Positions 1-9,091 of a stretch of DNA of 16,743 nt are shown in pieces. How positions within the stretch are numbered: the first letter of the stretch is position 1; each line of letters begins with the position of its first letter. The stretch covers positions 1-16,743 of the forward strand of contig JBNJGY010000045.1 in NCBI GenBank assembly GCA_051748045.1. The letters run 5' to 3'. The notes beneath the pieces are model-generated. The model was not told the origin of the DNA and made no database searches. It saw only the letters and a list, made by a program, of their open reading frames with translations. This DNA is from Thermotogota bacterium (GTDB taxonomy: Bacteria > Thermotogota > Thermotogae > Petrotogales > Petrotogaceae). The position numbers and the translations under genes are program-made.

Positions 1-69
1 GGAACTGGTCATGCATTGTTTTTTGAAAGAATAACAGACTTTATGAAAATTATTAATGACTTTCTATGA
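1..69 (+). CDS. 3' end (partial) of an alpha/beta-fold hydrolase
   Basis: Not in the ORF track. Frame +1 from base 1 reads GTGHALFFERITDFMKIINDFL-TGA, the typical C-terminus of alpha/beta hydrolases (catalytic His in GH, then E and a final helix ending FL). A terminator hairpin follows directly. Confidence 0.8.
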   Translation, partial: GTGHALFFERITDFMKIINDFL

Positions 70-74
70 TAAAT

Positions 75-114
75 AAAATGGTGGATATATAAAAATATAT
101 ATCCACCATTTTTT
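75..114. terminator. Bidirectional intrinsic terminator between convergent hydrolase and TetR genes
   Basis: Perfect 17-bp inverted repeat AAAATGGTGGATATATA (75-91) / TATATATCCACCATTTT (96-112) with a 4-nt loop and A/T runs on both sides, lying between two convergent stop codons. Confidence 0.9.
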
Positions 115-1237
115 ATTTTTTTATTCCGTTTATCATATGACATTTTAATTCTTTAATTATTTCTTTTTCGTCTAGTATTTTTTCTAAATAAAACTTTTCA
201 ATACCCATATAATGAGATATACCCATTAATATATTAGATATTAATACATTAGAATTATATTTTATATCTTTCAAATTTTTCAAATAACCTTTTTCAAAAC
301 TTTCATAATAATCTTTAACGTCTTTATTTACGACAAATTCTGCTTCTCTAACTATTTCATAATAATCTTTGTTTTGAGAGAAGAACTTCAAAAATAAATA
401 GATACCCCTTAGCTCTTTTTCAAATCTATTTATAGAACTTGTAGTATTTTTAGTGATAAATCTTCTTGTTACTTTACTAATCTTTTTAACTATGGTAGAT
501 AAAAATTCTTCTTTAGAATTAAAATAAATATAAAAGGTTCCAATGGCATAACCAGCGTCTTTAACTATATCATAGATATTTACATTATAATATCCTTTAC
601 TCCCAAATAACTCTATACCTGATTTTAATAATCTATTTCTTGTATCATCTCTTTCTTTTTTATCAACACAATCTGTATCTTCATCAAAAACATTATCAAA
701 GTTTACTTCTTGATTATAAAAAATACCATTTAAAATAATTTCTTTTAATTGATTTTTTTGATATTCTTTTCCATTAAAGAGATTCCTTATGTTGATAAAC
801 CGAGTAGCGCCTGCAATATATAGATATTCAGCTTCAGAAATGTCTCTATTAAAAATTCTAGAAATTCCTGTTATATAAATTCTTCTCAATCTTTTTTCGT
901 ATTCCGGAAATCTATATTGAGCTTCTCTATATATAATAATCTGTTTTCTATATTTAAGAGCGCTTTCAATAACAATATCCAAAAATTTATTTAATCTATC
1001 TTCTATAGTAACTCCACGAATTGAATTAAATTCTCTTTCGAAAAATTTAATTATTTCATTAAGCTGATATTCAAATATTCCTTTTTTGTTCCTAAAATAT
1101 CTATAAAAAACTCCATTAGAAACCCCTGCTTCCCTACATATTTCAGCTACAGAAACAGTTTCAAACCACTTTTTTGAAAACAAATCACGTGAGGCATCTA
1201 TTAACTTTTCTAATGTTTCTGTTCTTCTCCTAGACAT
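113..1237 (-). CDS. TetR/AcrR-family transcriptional regulator with two tandem TetR modules
   Basis: N-terminal HTH (LIDASRDLFSKKWFETVSVAEICREAGVSNGVFYRYFRNK) and a second HTH near aa 197 (TRNRLLKSGIELFGSKGYYNVNIYDIVKDAGYAIGTFYIYFNSKEE). 374 aa is about twice a normal TetR. RBS AGGAG upstream of the ATG. Confidence 0.92.
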   Translation of the reverse strand: MSRRRTETLEKLIDASRDLFSKKWFETVSVAEICREAGVSNGVFYRYFRNKKGIFEYQLNEIIKFFEREFNSIRGVTIEDRLNKFLDIVIESALKYRKQIIIYREAQYRFPEYEKRLRRIYITGISRIFNRDISEAEYLYIAGATRFINIRNLFNGKEYQKNQLKEIILNGIFYNQEVNFDNVFDEDTDCVDKKERDDTRNRLLKSGIELFGSKGYYNVNIYDIVKDAGYAIGTFYIYFNSKEEFLSTIVKKISKVTRRFITKNTTSSINRFEKELRGIYLFLKFFSQNKDYYEIVREAEFVVNKDVKDYYESFEKGYLKNLKDIKYNSNVLISNILMGISHYMGIEKFYLEKILDEKEIIKELKCHMINGIKK

Positions 1238-1250
1238 CTTAAAGACTCCT

Positions 1251-2957
1251 TTAAGCTAAAAAACTAAGTAATTCTTTCTTGAATAATTCTGGATCTTCTA
1301 TTATTATAGAATGACCAACATGTTCATAATATTTTAATTCTCCATTTAATTTTTCTAATGTTTTTTTTGCCATATCTTTGCTTACTAATAAATCTTTTTT
1401 ACCAACGAAATAAAGAACTGGATTTTTAAAGTTTTCAGCAATATCAGAATAATCATAAGATTCTAAAGCTCTTGCGTTTTCAGTAAAGCATCTAGGATTC
1501 ATTAAAATTGCTTCATTAGTCAATATATTTAACATTTTTTTATCATTAGAAGATGGCATGGTTCCTTTTAATGAACTTTTTAATAATGATTTACTTGTTT
1601 TTAGTAGTTGTAATCCATTATAATTTTCTTCAGGAGTATTTAATCCATCAACAGGGGCTGAATCAACTAAAACCAATTTTTTAACCATTTCTGGATTATT
1701 ATAAGCTAAAGATTGAGCAACAGCTCCTCCAAGTGAATGAGCAACTAATATTGCTTTTTCTATTCCAATATTTTTCATAAATGCTTTAACATAATCAGCA
1801 TAAGTATCTATTTCAATATTTTCAATTCTATCAGAATGCCCAAAATTAGGTAAATCTAAAGCATAAGTTTTATAACCTTTTAAATCATTTACTTTATCAA
1901 ACCATCTATGTGAACCAAAGTTACCATGTATCATTATAACAGGTTCACCATTACCATTAACATTATAGTAAATATCTTTCCCATTAACAGTGGTTTTTTG
2001 AGAAGGTTTTGATTTTTCCTTCCAAATAAATTTAGTTATTTCAATAACAGGTCTTTCAAAATATTTATAATATCCCATGATTATTCCATATATTAATCCT
2101 TTTGGGAAGAATAAAACAAATATTATTAATAAAGTACCAAATATTACAGACATTGGTATATCAGTTCTTGAGAATAAGAAAGGCATTCCTGTTATAATAA
2201 ATGCTCCAATTAATCCACCCTCAATCGAAGCTAATCCACCTATTACAATCATTGCCAGTAAATTTAAAGATGTTGCTAGTGCAAAATCTGTAGGACCAAT
2301 ATAACCAATTGTATGAGCATATAATGCTCCAGCAATACCACCATAAACTGCAGAAACTATGAAAGCTTCTAATTTTGTTGTTGATATCCTCTTACCAAAA
2401 GATCTAGCTGCATATTCACTGTCCCTAGTCATTTGATAAGATATTCCATTTGGTGATTTGATTAATTTAGTTGCTATATAAGATAAAACTACATAAAAGG
2501 CTAAATTCAGTACATACATCCAAAAATCATTAGGCATTATATCTGGTATATCTCTAAGACCTATATGTCCTCCAAATACTTCTACTGAAGCTATCAGCTG
2601 TTCTACTGTAATACCAAAAGCCATAGTTGCAATAGCCAAATAGAAACCTTTTAATCTAAGTGCTGGAATTGATATAATTGCACCTAATACTCCAGAAAAG
2701 ACAATTGCTACAATTAAATTTAAAATAAAAGGAGTTCCAAAAGTTAAAGACATATAAGCTGTTGTATAAGCTCCTATTGCCATAAAAGCTGCATGTCCAA
2801 TTGACAATTGCCCTGTATATCCTATAAGGATATTTAATCCCATTGAGGCTATACCAAAAATAAATACTGAAGATAAAATCATTAAAAAGAATGATTCTTG
2901 TATGAAAATTATACCTAATAATAAACCAAAAATTAATAATAAAACTGATTTCTTCAT
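1251..2957 (-). CDS. LivM-like ABC permease fused to a C-terminal alpha/beta-hydrolase
   Basis: aa 1 to ~295 are hydrophobic with LivM motifs (GYTGQLSIGHAAFMAIGAY, LRLKGFYLAIAT, MIVIGG). aa ~320-568 form a hydrolase with HGN oxyanion motif, ALDLPNFGHS, nucleophile AHSLGG, GKKD acid and HVGH His. One uninterrupted ORF. Confidence 0.9.
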   Translation of the reverse strand: MKKSVLLLIFGLLLGIIFIQESFFLMILSSVFIFGIASMGLNILIGYTGQLSIGHAAFMAIGAYTTAYMSLTFGTPFILNLIVAIVFSGVLGAIISIPALRLKGFYLAIATMAFGITVEQLIASVEVFGGHIGLRDIPDIMPNDFWMYVLNLAFYVVLSYIATKLIKSPNGISYQMTRDSEYAARSFGKRISTTKLEAFIVSAVYGGIAGALYAHTIGYIGPTDFALATSLNLLAMIVIGGLASIEGGLIGAFIITGMPFLFSRTDIPMSVIFGTLLIIFVLFFPKGLIYGIIMGYYKYFERPVIEITKFIWKEKSKPSQKTTVNGKDIYYNVNGNGEPVIMIHGNFGSHRWFDKVNDLKGYKTYALDLPNFGHSDRIENIEIDTYADYVKAFMKNIGIEKAILVAHSLGGAVAQSLAYNNPEMVKKLVLVDSAPVDGLNTPEENYNGLQLLKTSKSLLKSSLKGTMPSSNDKKMLNILTNEAILMNPRCFTENARALESYDYSDIAENFKNPVLYFVGKKDLLVSKDMAKKTLEKLNGELKYYEHVGHSIIIEDPELFKKELLSFLA

Positions 2958-2959
2958 AC

Positions 2960-3841
2960 TCAGACTCTCCCTTCAAATTTAGATCCAAAGAGGCCTGTAG
3001 GTTTAACAACAAGCACTACGATTATTAAAATCAATATTATAGATAATTGATAATCTGGGGATATATAATACCCAACTAATTTTTCCATTATACCTAATAA
3101 TAATCCTCCAACTATAGCTCCAAATAAGTTATAAAATCCACCTAAAACTCCAGCAGTAAACCCATATAATTGGTAATTAACCATCATATTGGGATGAACA
3201 TTAGTTTTAGGTGCTGCTAATACAGCAACTAAAGCAGCTAATCCGATACCTATTCCCCATACAATTGAGTCAACCTTATTTATATTAATACCTACCACAC
3301 TAGCTCCTACTTCATCTTGTGATCTTGCTCTGATAGCGGTTCCTAATTTAGTATATTTTAAGAATAAAGCCAAAGCAATTGTAACTGATAAAGCAATAAC
3401 CATGTTTACCAAATCATTCATAGGTAATACTAATAAACTGTCTCCTAAGTTAAATAATAAAGGAGCGCTTTCTGTTATCTGTGGAAATTGATAATAGTCA
3501 GTTCCCCAAATAATTATTGCTAATCCTTCAAATATCATTAATAATCCTAAAGTTATAATAAGCATTGCTCCATGAGATAGATGTTTAACTGGTCTCATCA
3601 AAAACTTTTCTATTAGTTGAGCTAAAATAAAACCAAATAAAATAGCTCCTATAATAGCAACAAAAATATTTTGTGTCCACCCATATACGGTAAAAGCAAA
3701 AAATGCAGACATCATACCAGCAGATCCATGAGCAAAGTTCATAACAAATACTGTTTTAAATATTAAAGCAATCCCAAAAGCCATTAATCCATATAATGCA
3801 CCTTGAGGTATGCCTAATAAGACATTTTGTATAAAAGCCAT
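2960..3841 (-). CDS. LivH-like branched-chain amino acid-type ABC permease
   Basis: Motifs GALYGLMAFGIALIF..VMNFAHG, TKLGTAIRA, GVLGG, KPTGLFG. ATG at 3841 preferred over TTG at 3844 because it sits 4 nt from the GGGGTGA RBS, the same spacing as the binding-protein gene. Confidence 0.92.
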   Translation of the reverse strand: MAFIQNVLLGIPQGALYGLMAFGIALIFKTVFVMNFAHGSAGMMSAFFAFTVYGWTQNIFVAIIGAILFGFILAQLIEKFLMRPVKHLSHGAMLIITLGLLMIFEGLAIIIWGTDYYQFPQITESAPLLFNLGDSLLVLPMNDLVNMVIALSVTIALALFLKYTKLGTAIRARSQDEVGASVVGININKVDSIVWGIGIGLAALVAVLAAPKTNVHPNMMVNYQLYGFTAGVLGGFYNLFGAIVGGLLLGIMEKLVGYYISPDYQLSIILILIIVVLVVKPTGLFGSKFEGRV

Positions 3842-3851
3842 CAAATCACCC

Positions 3852-4544
3852 CTATATTCCTAAATACGCTTTTTTAACTGATTCATCATTCAATAAATCT
3901 TTTGCGTTTCCTTCTGTTGCTACTTTACCAATTTCTAATATATATGCTCTATCACTTATTTTCAATGATTTTAATGCATTTTGTTCTACTAAAAGTATCC
4001 CAACATCCATTTCTTTTAACTGAACCAAAACTTCAAAAATTTCATCTGTTATTAAAGGAGCTAATCCTAATGAAGGTTCATCCAGCATTAATATTTCTGG
4101 AGAACTCATTAAAGCTCTTCCAACTGCAAGCATTTGTTGTTCTCCACCTGATAATGATCCAGCTGCTTGTTTTTTTCTATCATTTAAAATAGGAAACAAT
4201 TTATAAACTTTTTGAAAGTTTTCTTTTTCATTACCTCTTACAAAACTACCTAACTTTAAATTTTCTTCTACAGATAACTGTGGAAAAACTCTTCTGTTTT
4301 CTGGAGCTAAAACTAATCCCTTTTTTACTTTTTCTTCTGTAGATGCTTTTGTCAAATTTTCTCCATTAAATTCAATATTTGCAGAGGATTTTATTATTCC
4401 CATAGTACCGAATAAAGTAGATGTTTTTCCTGCGCCATTAGCTCCAAGAATACTAACAATTTCACCTTTATCAATATTAAAAGAAATATCTTTTACAGCA
4501 GCAACATGACCATAATTTACTTTTAAATTATTAACTTTAAGCAT
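3852..4544 (-). CDS. LivF-like ABC transporter ATP-binding protein
   Basis: Walker A GANGAGKT, signature LSGGEQQM, Walker B LMLDEPSLGLAP, VEQN switch typical of LivF. Confidence 0.95.
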   Translation of the reverse strand: MLKVNNLKVNYGHVAAVKDISFNIDKGEIVSILGANGAGKTSTLFGTMGIIKSSANIEFNGENLTKASTEEKVKKGLVLAPENRRVFPQLSVEENLKLGSFVRGNEKENFQKVYKLFPILNDRKKQAAGSLSGGEQQMLAVGRALMSSPEILMLDEPSLGLAPLITDEIFEVLVQLKEMDVGILLVEQNALKSLKISDRAYILEIGKVATEGNAKDLLNDESVKKAYLGI

Positions 4545-5292
4545 TTTCGCTCTCCCCCAAATACACTTTTATAACTTCTTCGTTGTTTCCTATTTCTTCT
4601 GGTGTTCCTTCAGCAATTTTTTCACCAAAACTCATAACAGTAATTCTATCTGAAACTTGCATAACTAAATTCATATCATGTTCAACTAGTAAAATGGTTT
4701 TACCGTTATTTTTTAATAATTTCATTATATCTCTAATTTCTGAGGTTTCGTTATGATTCAACCCTGCTGCGGGTTCATCAAACAATAAAATTTTTGGATT
4801 GGATACAATTGCTCTAGCAATTTCAACTCTTTTTAAAATACCATAAGGAAGTGATGATGGATAAGAATTTAATCTATTTTTTATTTGTAATAATTCAGCA
4901 ATTTCTAAAATTTTCTCCCTTGCTATTGTTTCAAAATGTGATCTTTTTTTAGAAAAAAGGTAAAATATATTTTTATCATAATTATGTAGATAACCAGATA
5001 ATATGTTGTTATAAACATTCATCCCTTTAAATAACTGTAAGTTTTGGAATGTTCTACTTATGCCTTTATATATAATTTGATCCGGTCTAGTTTGCATTAA
5101 AGAATTTCCTTCAAAATTAACTTCTCCCTCTACAGGTTCCAAAACTCTAGTAATTACATTAAATAATGTAGTTTTCCCAGCACCATTAGGACCTATTAAA
5201 GAGTGAATAATTCCTTTTTTCACATTCATACTCATATCTTTTACAGCTATCAAACCACCAAAAGATACAGTGACATTTTTAACTTCTAACAT
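4537..5292 (-). CDS. LivG-like ABC transporter ATP-binding protein
   Basis: Walker A GPNGAGKT, RTFQN, LPYG signature, LLFDEPAAG, VEHDM. Overlaps the next gene by 8 nt. Confidence 0.95.
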   Translation of the reverse strand: MLEVKNVTVSFGGLIAVKDMSMNVKKGIIHSLIGPNGAGKTTLFNVITRVLEPVEGEVNFEGNSLMQTRPDQIIYKGISRTFQNLQLFKGMNVYNNILSGYLHNYDKNIFYLFSKKRSHFETIAREKILEIAELLQIKNRLNSYPSSLPYGILKRVEIARAIVSNPKILLFDEPAAGLNHNETSEIRDIMKLLKNNGKTILLVEHDMNLVMQVSDRITVMSFGEKIAEGTPEEIGNNEEVIKVYLGESENA

Positions 5293-5310
5293 TTATAATT
5301 ACACCCCTTT

Positions 5311-5337
5311 AAAAAAGCGGGGAAGTTTATTCCCCGC
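5311..5337 (-). terminator. Intra-operon GC-rich hairpin with U6 tail after the binding-protein gene
   Basis: GCGGGGAA (5317-5324) / TTCCCCGC (5330-5337), 5-nt loop. AAAAAA at 5311-5316 is a U6 tail on the minus-strand transcript. Confidence 0.8.
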
Positions 5338-5352
5338 ATTATTTAAATATGA

Positions 5353-6522
5353 TTAATATTCCATGTAGTATAGCCAGTCAGTTACTTTTTCAAATACTCC
5401 ATCTTTAATTTCCATAATGTACATAGAATCTTTACCAATTCTTGAAATATCTTTGTTAGGTCCTTCAAAGTCATAATAAGTAACACCTGTTGTTATGTCT
5501 CCTGACCAATTATCAAAAGTTTCTAAGGCGTCAACTAAAGTTTCTCTTGTTAGGTTATCTCCAGCTCTTTTTACGCCTTCTGTAAAAGTTTCAGCAGCTA
5601 TTAATCCTGCTACAGCGTAAGCGTTTGGAATTTCACCATTATTATATTTACCATAAATTTCTAATGCTGGAGTATCAGGGTCTGTGAAGTCTACATCAAC
5701 CCATGCCATTGATTTAACTCCTTCTGCATCTTTTCCTAATAAGTCAATGAATGAAACACTTGCGTTTGCATATGAAGTTACGTATTCAACATTTTTTAAG
5801 CCATATTGTTTAGCTTGTTTAATGAAGTTTGGTGCTTGTGTTCCATAAAGCATAACTCCAATAGCTTCCGGTCTGTTAGAAATTAATCTTGTAACTTCTG
5901 CTGAAAAATCTTCTGCGGAAGGATTTACTGGAATGAAAGTAGCATTAATTCCTCTTGATTCAAATAATTCTTTTGCTGCGTCTCTGAATTCTTTACCATC
6001 ATCTGCATTTCTGTAAACAATTGCAATTTTTGTATATCCAATATCAGCAAAATAATTAGCAACAATGTTTCCTTCTACAGTATAGTTTGGTTGAACTGGA
6101 AAAATGAATTCTTTAGCTGGGAAACTTAATAATGATGTTCCCGCACCTTGATAAACAAAAGGTACTTCATTACTGTTTAGATATTCCATAACAGCTAAAA
6201 CACCTGGTGTTCCTAATCCCCCAACAATTGAAAAAACCTCATCACTTTCAACTAATCTTTTTACTTCAACTGTTGTTTTTGCTGGTGAAAATTGGTCATC
6301 TGCTACTAGTAAGTTAATTTTTCTTCCGTTTACTCCTCCATTATCGTTTACCCAATTAAAGTATGCTTCCATACCTTTTGTCATAGGTTGTCCGATAAAT
6401 GATATAGGACCAGATAAAGCTTGGAAAGAACCAATGAGAATTTCATCATCTGTTACTCCAACTTCAGCAAAAAGTCCCACTACCATGAGTAAAGCTACCA
6501 TAAGTGTTAATACCTTTTTCAT
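5353..6522 (-). CDS. ABC transporter substrate-binding protein, LivJ/LivK (periplasmic binding protein type 1) family
   Basis: Signal peptide MKKVLTLMVALLMVVGLFA|EVGVTDDEILIG, then ALSGP and VNDNGGVNGRKINLLVADDQFSP typical of the HAAT family. RBS GGGGTGA. Confidence 0.92.
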   Translation of the reverse strand: MKKVLTLMVALLMVVGLFAEVGVTDDEILIGSFQALSGPISFIGQPMTKGMEAYFNWVNDNGGVNGRKINLLVADDQFSPAKTTVEVKRLVESDEVFSIVGGLGTPGVLAVMEYLNSNEVPFVYQGAGTSLLSFPAKEFIFPVQPNYTVEGNIVANYFADIGYTKIAIVYRNADDGKEFRDAAKELFESRGINATFIPVNPSAEDFSAEVTRLISNRPEAIGVMLYGTQAPNFIKQAKQYGLKNVEYVTSYANASVSFIDLLGKDAEGVKSMAWVDVDFTDPDTPALEIYGKYNNGEIPNAYAVAGLIAAETFTEGVKRAGDNLTRETLVDALETFDNWSGDITTGVTYYDFEGPNKDISRIGKDSMYIMEIKDGVFEKVTDWLYYMEY

Positions 6523-6533
6523 AAGATCACCCC

Positions 6534-7742
6534 TTATTTTATATTACGTACTACAACTGCAGTACCCATGCCTCCTCCAATACAGAGAGAAGCCAATCCA
6601 ATTTCTTTTTCTTGTTTTTTCATTTCGTGTAGTAAAGTTACAATGATTCTGTTTCCTGACGCACCTATTGGATGTCCTAATGCTATTGCTCCACCATTTA
6701 CATTAGTTCTTTCAATAAACCAATTTTTATCTTTACCAAATTCTTGGCCTAATTCTTTAATTACTCCTAAAGATTGTGCAGCGAATGCTTCGTTTAATTC
6801 GATTAATTCTATATCCTCTATAGAAATATCGTTTTTACTTAAAACATTTTTTACAGCAGGAACTGGTCCTAATCCCATGTATGCTGGGTCTACTCCTGCT
6901 TCATCATAAGCAACTAATTCAGCGATTGGTTTTAGATTATATTTTTCTACAGCTTCTTCAGATGCTAATATTATAGCACTTGCACCATCGTTAATCCCAG
7001 AAGCATTAGCAGCTGTAACAGAACCATCCTTTTTGAATGCAGGTCTTAGTTTTGCTAAACCTTCTATTGTTGCGTTTAATCTTGGGTGTTCATCAGTATC
7101 AAAAAGAAGTGTACCTTTTCTTGTTTTTATTTCATAAGGTATAATTTCATCTTTAAATTTTCCTTCTTCGATTGCTTTTTGAGTTCTATTTTGAGAAATA
7201 ACAGCAAATTCATCTTGTTCTTCTCTAGATAAATTGTGTTTTTCTGCAATATTTTCTGCCGTCATTCCCATGTGATAGTTATTAAAAACATCAGTTAATC
7301 CATCTAAAATCATATGATCAAGCATTTTTTGATGACCAAATTTACTTCCAAATCTATTTTTAGAATCAATCATTAAAGGCGCTTGTGACATATTTTCGAT
7401 CCCAGCTGCAACTACTATTTCTGCGTCTCCAACTTTTATATCAGTAGCTCCAATCATAACTGATTTCATACCACTTCCGCAGAGCATATTAACAGCGTAA
7501 GCGGGTTTATTTTCAGGAATACCTGCATATAAAGCTACTTGTCTACCTGGACCCATTCCTTCGCCAGCTTGTAGAACATTACCTACTATTGTTTTATCTA
7601 CATAATCTGGTTTAACATTTGATTCTTCTAAAATTGTTTTAACTACATGAGCACCTAATTTTGTAGCTGGTTCATTTTTTAATGTACCACCAAAAGTTCC
7701 AATAGCAGTTCTCTTAGCAGCAACTATAAATACTTTTCTCAA
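6534..7742 (-). CDS. Acetyl-CoA C-acetyltransferase (thiolase II; ThlA/AtoB/PhaA-like)
   Basis: Catalytic motifs NMLCGSG, NASGINDGA, ELNEAFA, GGAIALGHPIGASG, LCIGGGMG. TTG start with GGAGGA RBS. Confidence 0.95.
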   Translation of the reverse strand: MRKVFIVAAKRTAIGTFGGTLKNEPATKLGAHVVKTILEESNVKPDYVDKTIVGNVLQAGEGMGPGRQVALYAGIPENKPAYAVNMLCGSGMKSVMIGATDIKVGDAEIVVAAGIENMSQAPLMIDSKNRFGSKFGHQKMLDHMILDGLTDVFNNYHMGMTAENIAEKHNLSREEQDEFAVISQNRTQKAIEEGKFKDEIIPYEIKTRKGTLLFDTDEHPRLNATIEGLAKLRPAFKKDGSVTAANASGINDGASAIILASEEAVEKYNLKPIAELVAYDEAGVDPAYMGLGPVPAVKNVLSKNDISIEDIELIELNEAFAAQSLGVIKELGQEFGKDKNWFIERTNVNGGAIALGHPIGASGNRIIVTLLHEMKKQEKEIGLASLCIGGGMGTAVVVRNIK

Positions 7743-7754
7743 GACAATTCCTCC

Positions 7755-9071
7755 TTATAATATGTAACCAATTTCTTTTGCTTCCTTTTTCAATTGATCT
7801 CTAAAATCTGGATGAGCTATTGAAATTAATAATTCAACTCTTTCAGCTAAACTCTTTCCTCTTAAATGAGCTACTCCATATTCAGTTACTACATAATCTA
7901 TATCATGTCTTGGAACTGATATCGTTGCACCTCTTGGATGAGCTACAGTAATTGTCGATATTTTACCGTCTTTAGCAGTAGATCTTAAAGCTATTATTCC
8001 TTTTCCGTTCTTACTTTTTATAGCTCCTCTATGAGTATCGAGTTGGCCACCTGTTCCAGAAAATTGTTTTGTACCTATAGCTTCACTCACAACTTGTCCT
8101 TGTAGATCCACAGAAATTGCAGTATTTATAGAAACCATATTATCATTTTGTGCTATTACATATGGATCATTAACATAATTACCTTTCATTACCCAAACTC
8201 CAGGATTATTATTCAACCATTTATACATTCTTTTTGAACCAAGTGCAAATGTACAAATTGATTTACCTTTCCAAAGTGTTTTATTAGTATTCGTTATTGC
8301 TCCACTTTCAAAAAGATCTATCATTGATTCTGTAAACATTTCAGTATGTACACCAAGATCTTTTTTATGATCAAGAAGTTTTGCAACTGCATTAGGAATT
8401 CCACCAATTCCAATTTGGATAGTTGATCCATCTTCCACTAAATCAGCAATAAACTGAGCAATTGTTATTTCTGTTTCCGTTGGTTCTACAATTGGTAGTG
8501 GTGGTACTTCCCAACTGCTTTCAACAATCATATCAGCTTTGTTAATATGTACACCAGTTTCTCCGTGTATAAAAGGCATTTGATCATTAACTTCAAAAAT
8601 AACTTTATCTGCTTGTTCCATTACTTCCATTTCATAAACATTAGATAAACCTAAATTAAAAAAACCATTTTCTTCAAGCATTGGAGCTACAGCACCCCAA
8701 AAAACTAATGTTCTTCCTTCTTCTTTCTCTGCAACTAATTTATCAGTTCCAGCCATATGTAAGTTGTTAGGTATATAATCTACTGTTTTTAAATCATTTT
8801 TTCTTGCTTTTCTTGTTGGTGGGCTGAAAAACCAAGAATGATTGTTCATTTTGTCTTCATATTCTTTGTCTGCAAAAAAAGGATATTCTTTCATATTTAA
8901 ACAAGTCAAAACTCTTAGTGAATCAAAGTGATCTTTATATTTATGAACATTGCTTAAAAAACCTTGAGCTTCTGTTGCGGCTAATCCAACAACTACTGTT
9001 ACTGTTTTTGGCAATGATAATATTGCTTCTTCTATAGATTTTAATTTATTATTATATACATCTTTCCACAT
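7755..9071 (-). CDS. Acetyl-CoA hydrolase/transferase family protein (4-hydroxybutyrate CoA-transferase Cat2/AbfT-like)
   Basis: DGSTIQIGIGGIPNAVA, LGVHTEM (catalytic Glu), SGTGGQLD, DYVVTEYGVAHLRGK, LISIAHPDFR. Confidence 0.9.
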   Translation of the reverse strand: MWKDVYNNKLKSIEEAILSLPKTVTVVVGLAATEAQGFLSNVHKYKDHFDSLRVLTCLNMKEYPFFADKEYEDKMNNHSWFFSPPTRKARKNDLKTVDYIPNNLHMAGTDKLVAEKEEGRTLVFWGAVAPMLEENGFFNLGLSNVYEMEVMEQADKVIFEVNDQMPFIHGETGVHINKADMIVESSWEVPPLPIVEPTETEITIAQFIADLVEDGSTIQIGIGGIPNAVAKLLDHKKDLGVHTEMFTESMIDLFESGAITNTNKTLWKGKSICTFALGSKRMYKWLNNNPGVWVMKGNYVNDPYVIAQNDNMVSINTAISVDLQGQVVSEAIGTKQFSGTGGQLDTHRGAIKSKNGKGIIALRSTAKDGKISTITVAHPRGATISVPRHDIDYVVTEYGVAHLRGKSLAERVELLISIAHPDFRDQLKKEAKEIGYIL

Positions 9072-9091
9072 TTATTATCCCCTCACAATTC

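Noticed and set aside
2077-2304. 75-aa plus-strand ORF
   Set aside because: Antisense shadow of the LivM-like permease, with no recognisable motif.
2656-3012. 118-aa minus-strand alternative-frame ORF across the livH/livM junction
   Set aside because: Overlaps two well-supported genes in another frame and has no motif. Both real genes are intact, so no frameshift is needed.
3902-4192. 96-aa plus-strand ORF
   Set aside because: Antisense to the LivF-like ATPase.
6434-6909. Plus-strand ORFs 6434..6646 and 6568..6909
   Set aside because: Antisense shadows of the binding-protein and thiolase genes.
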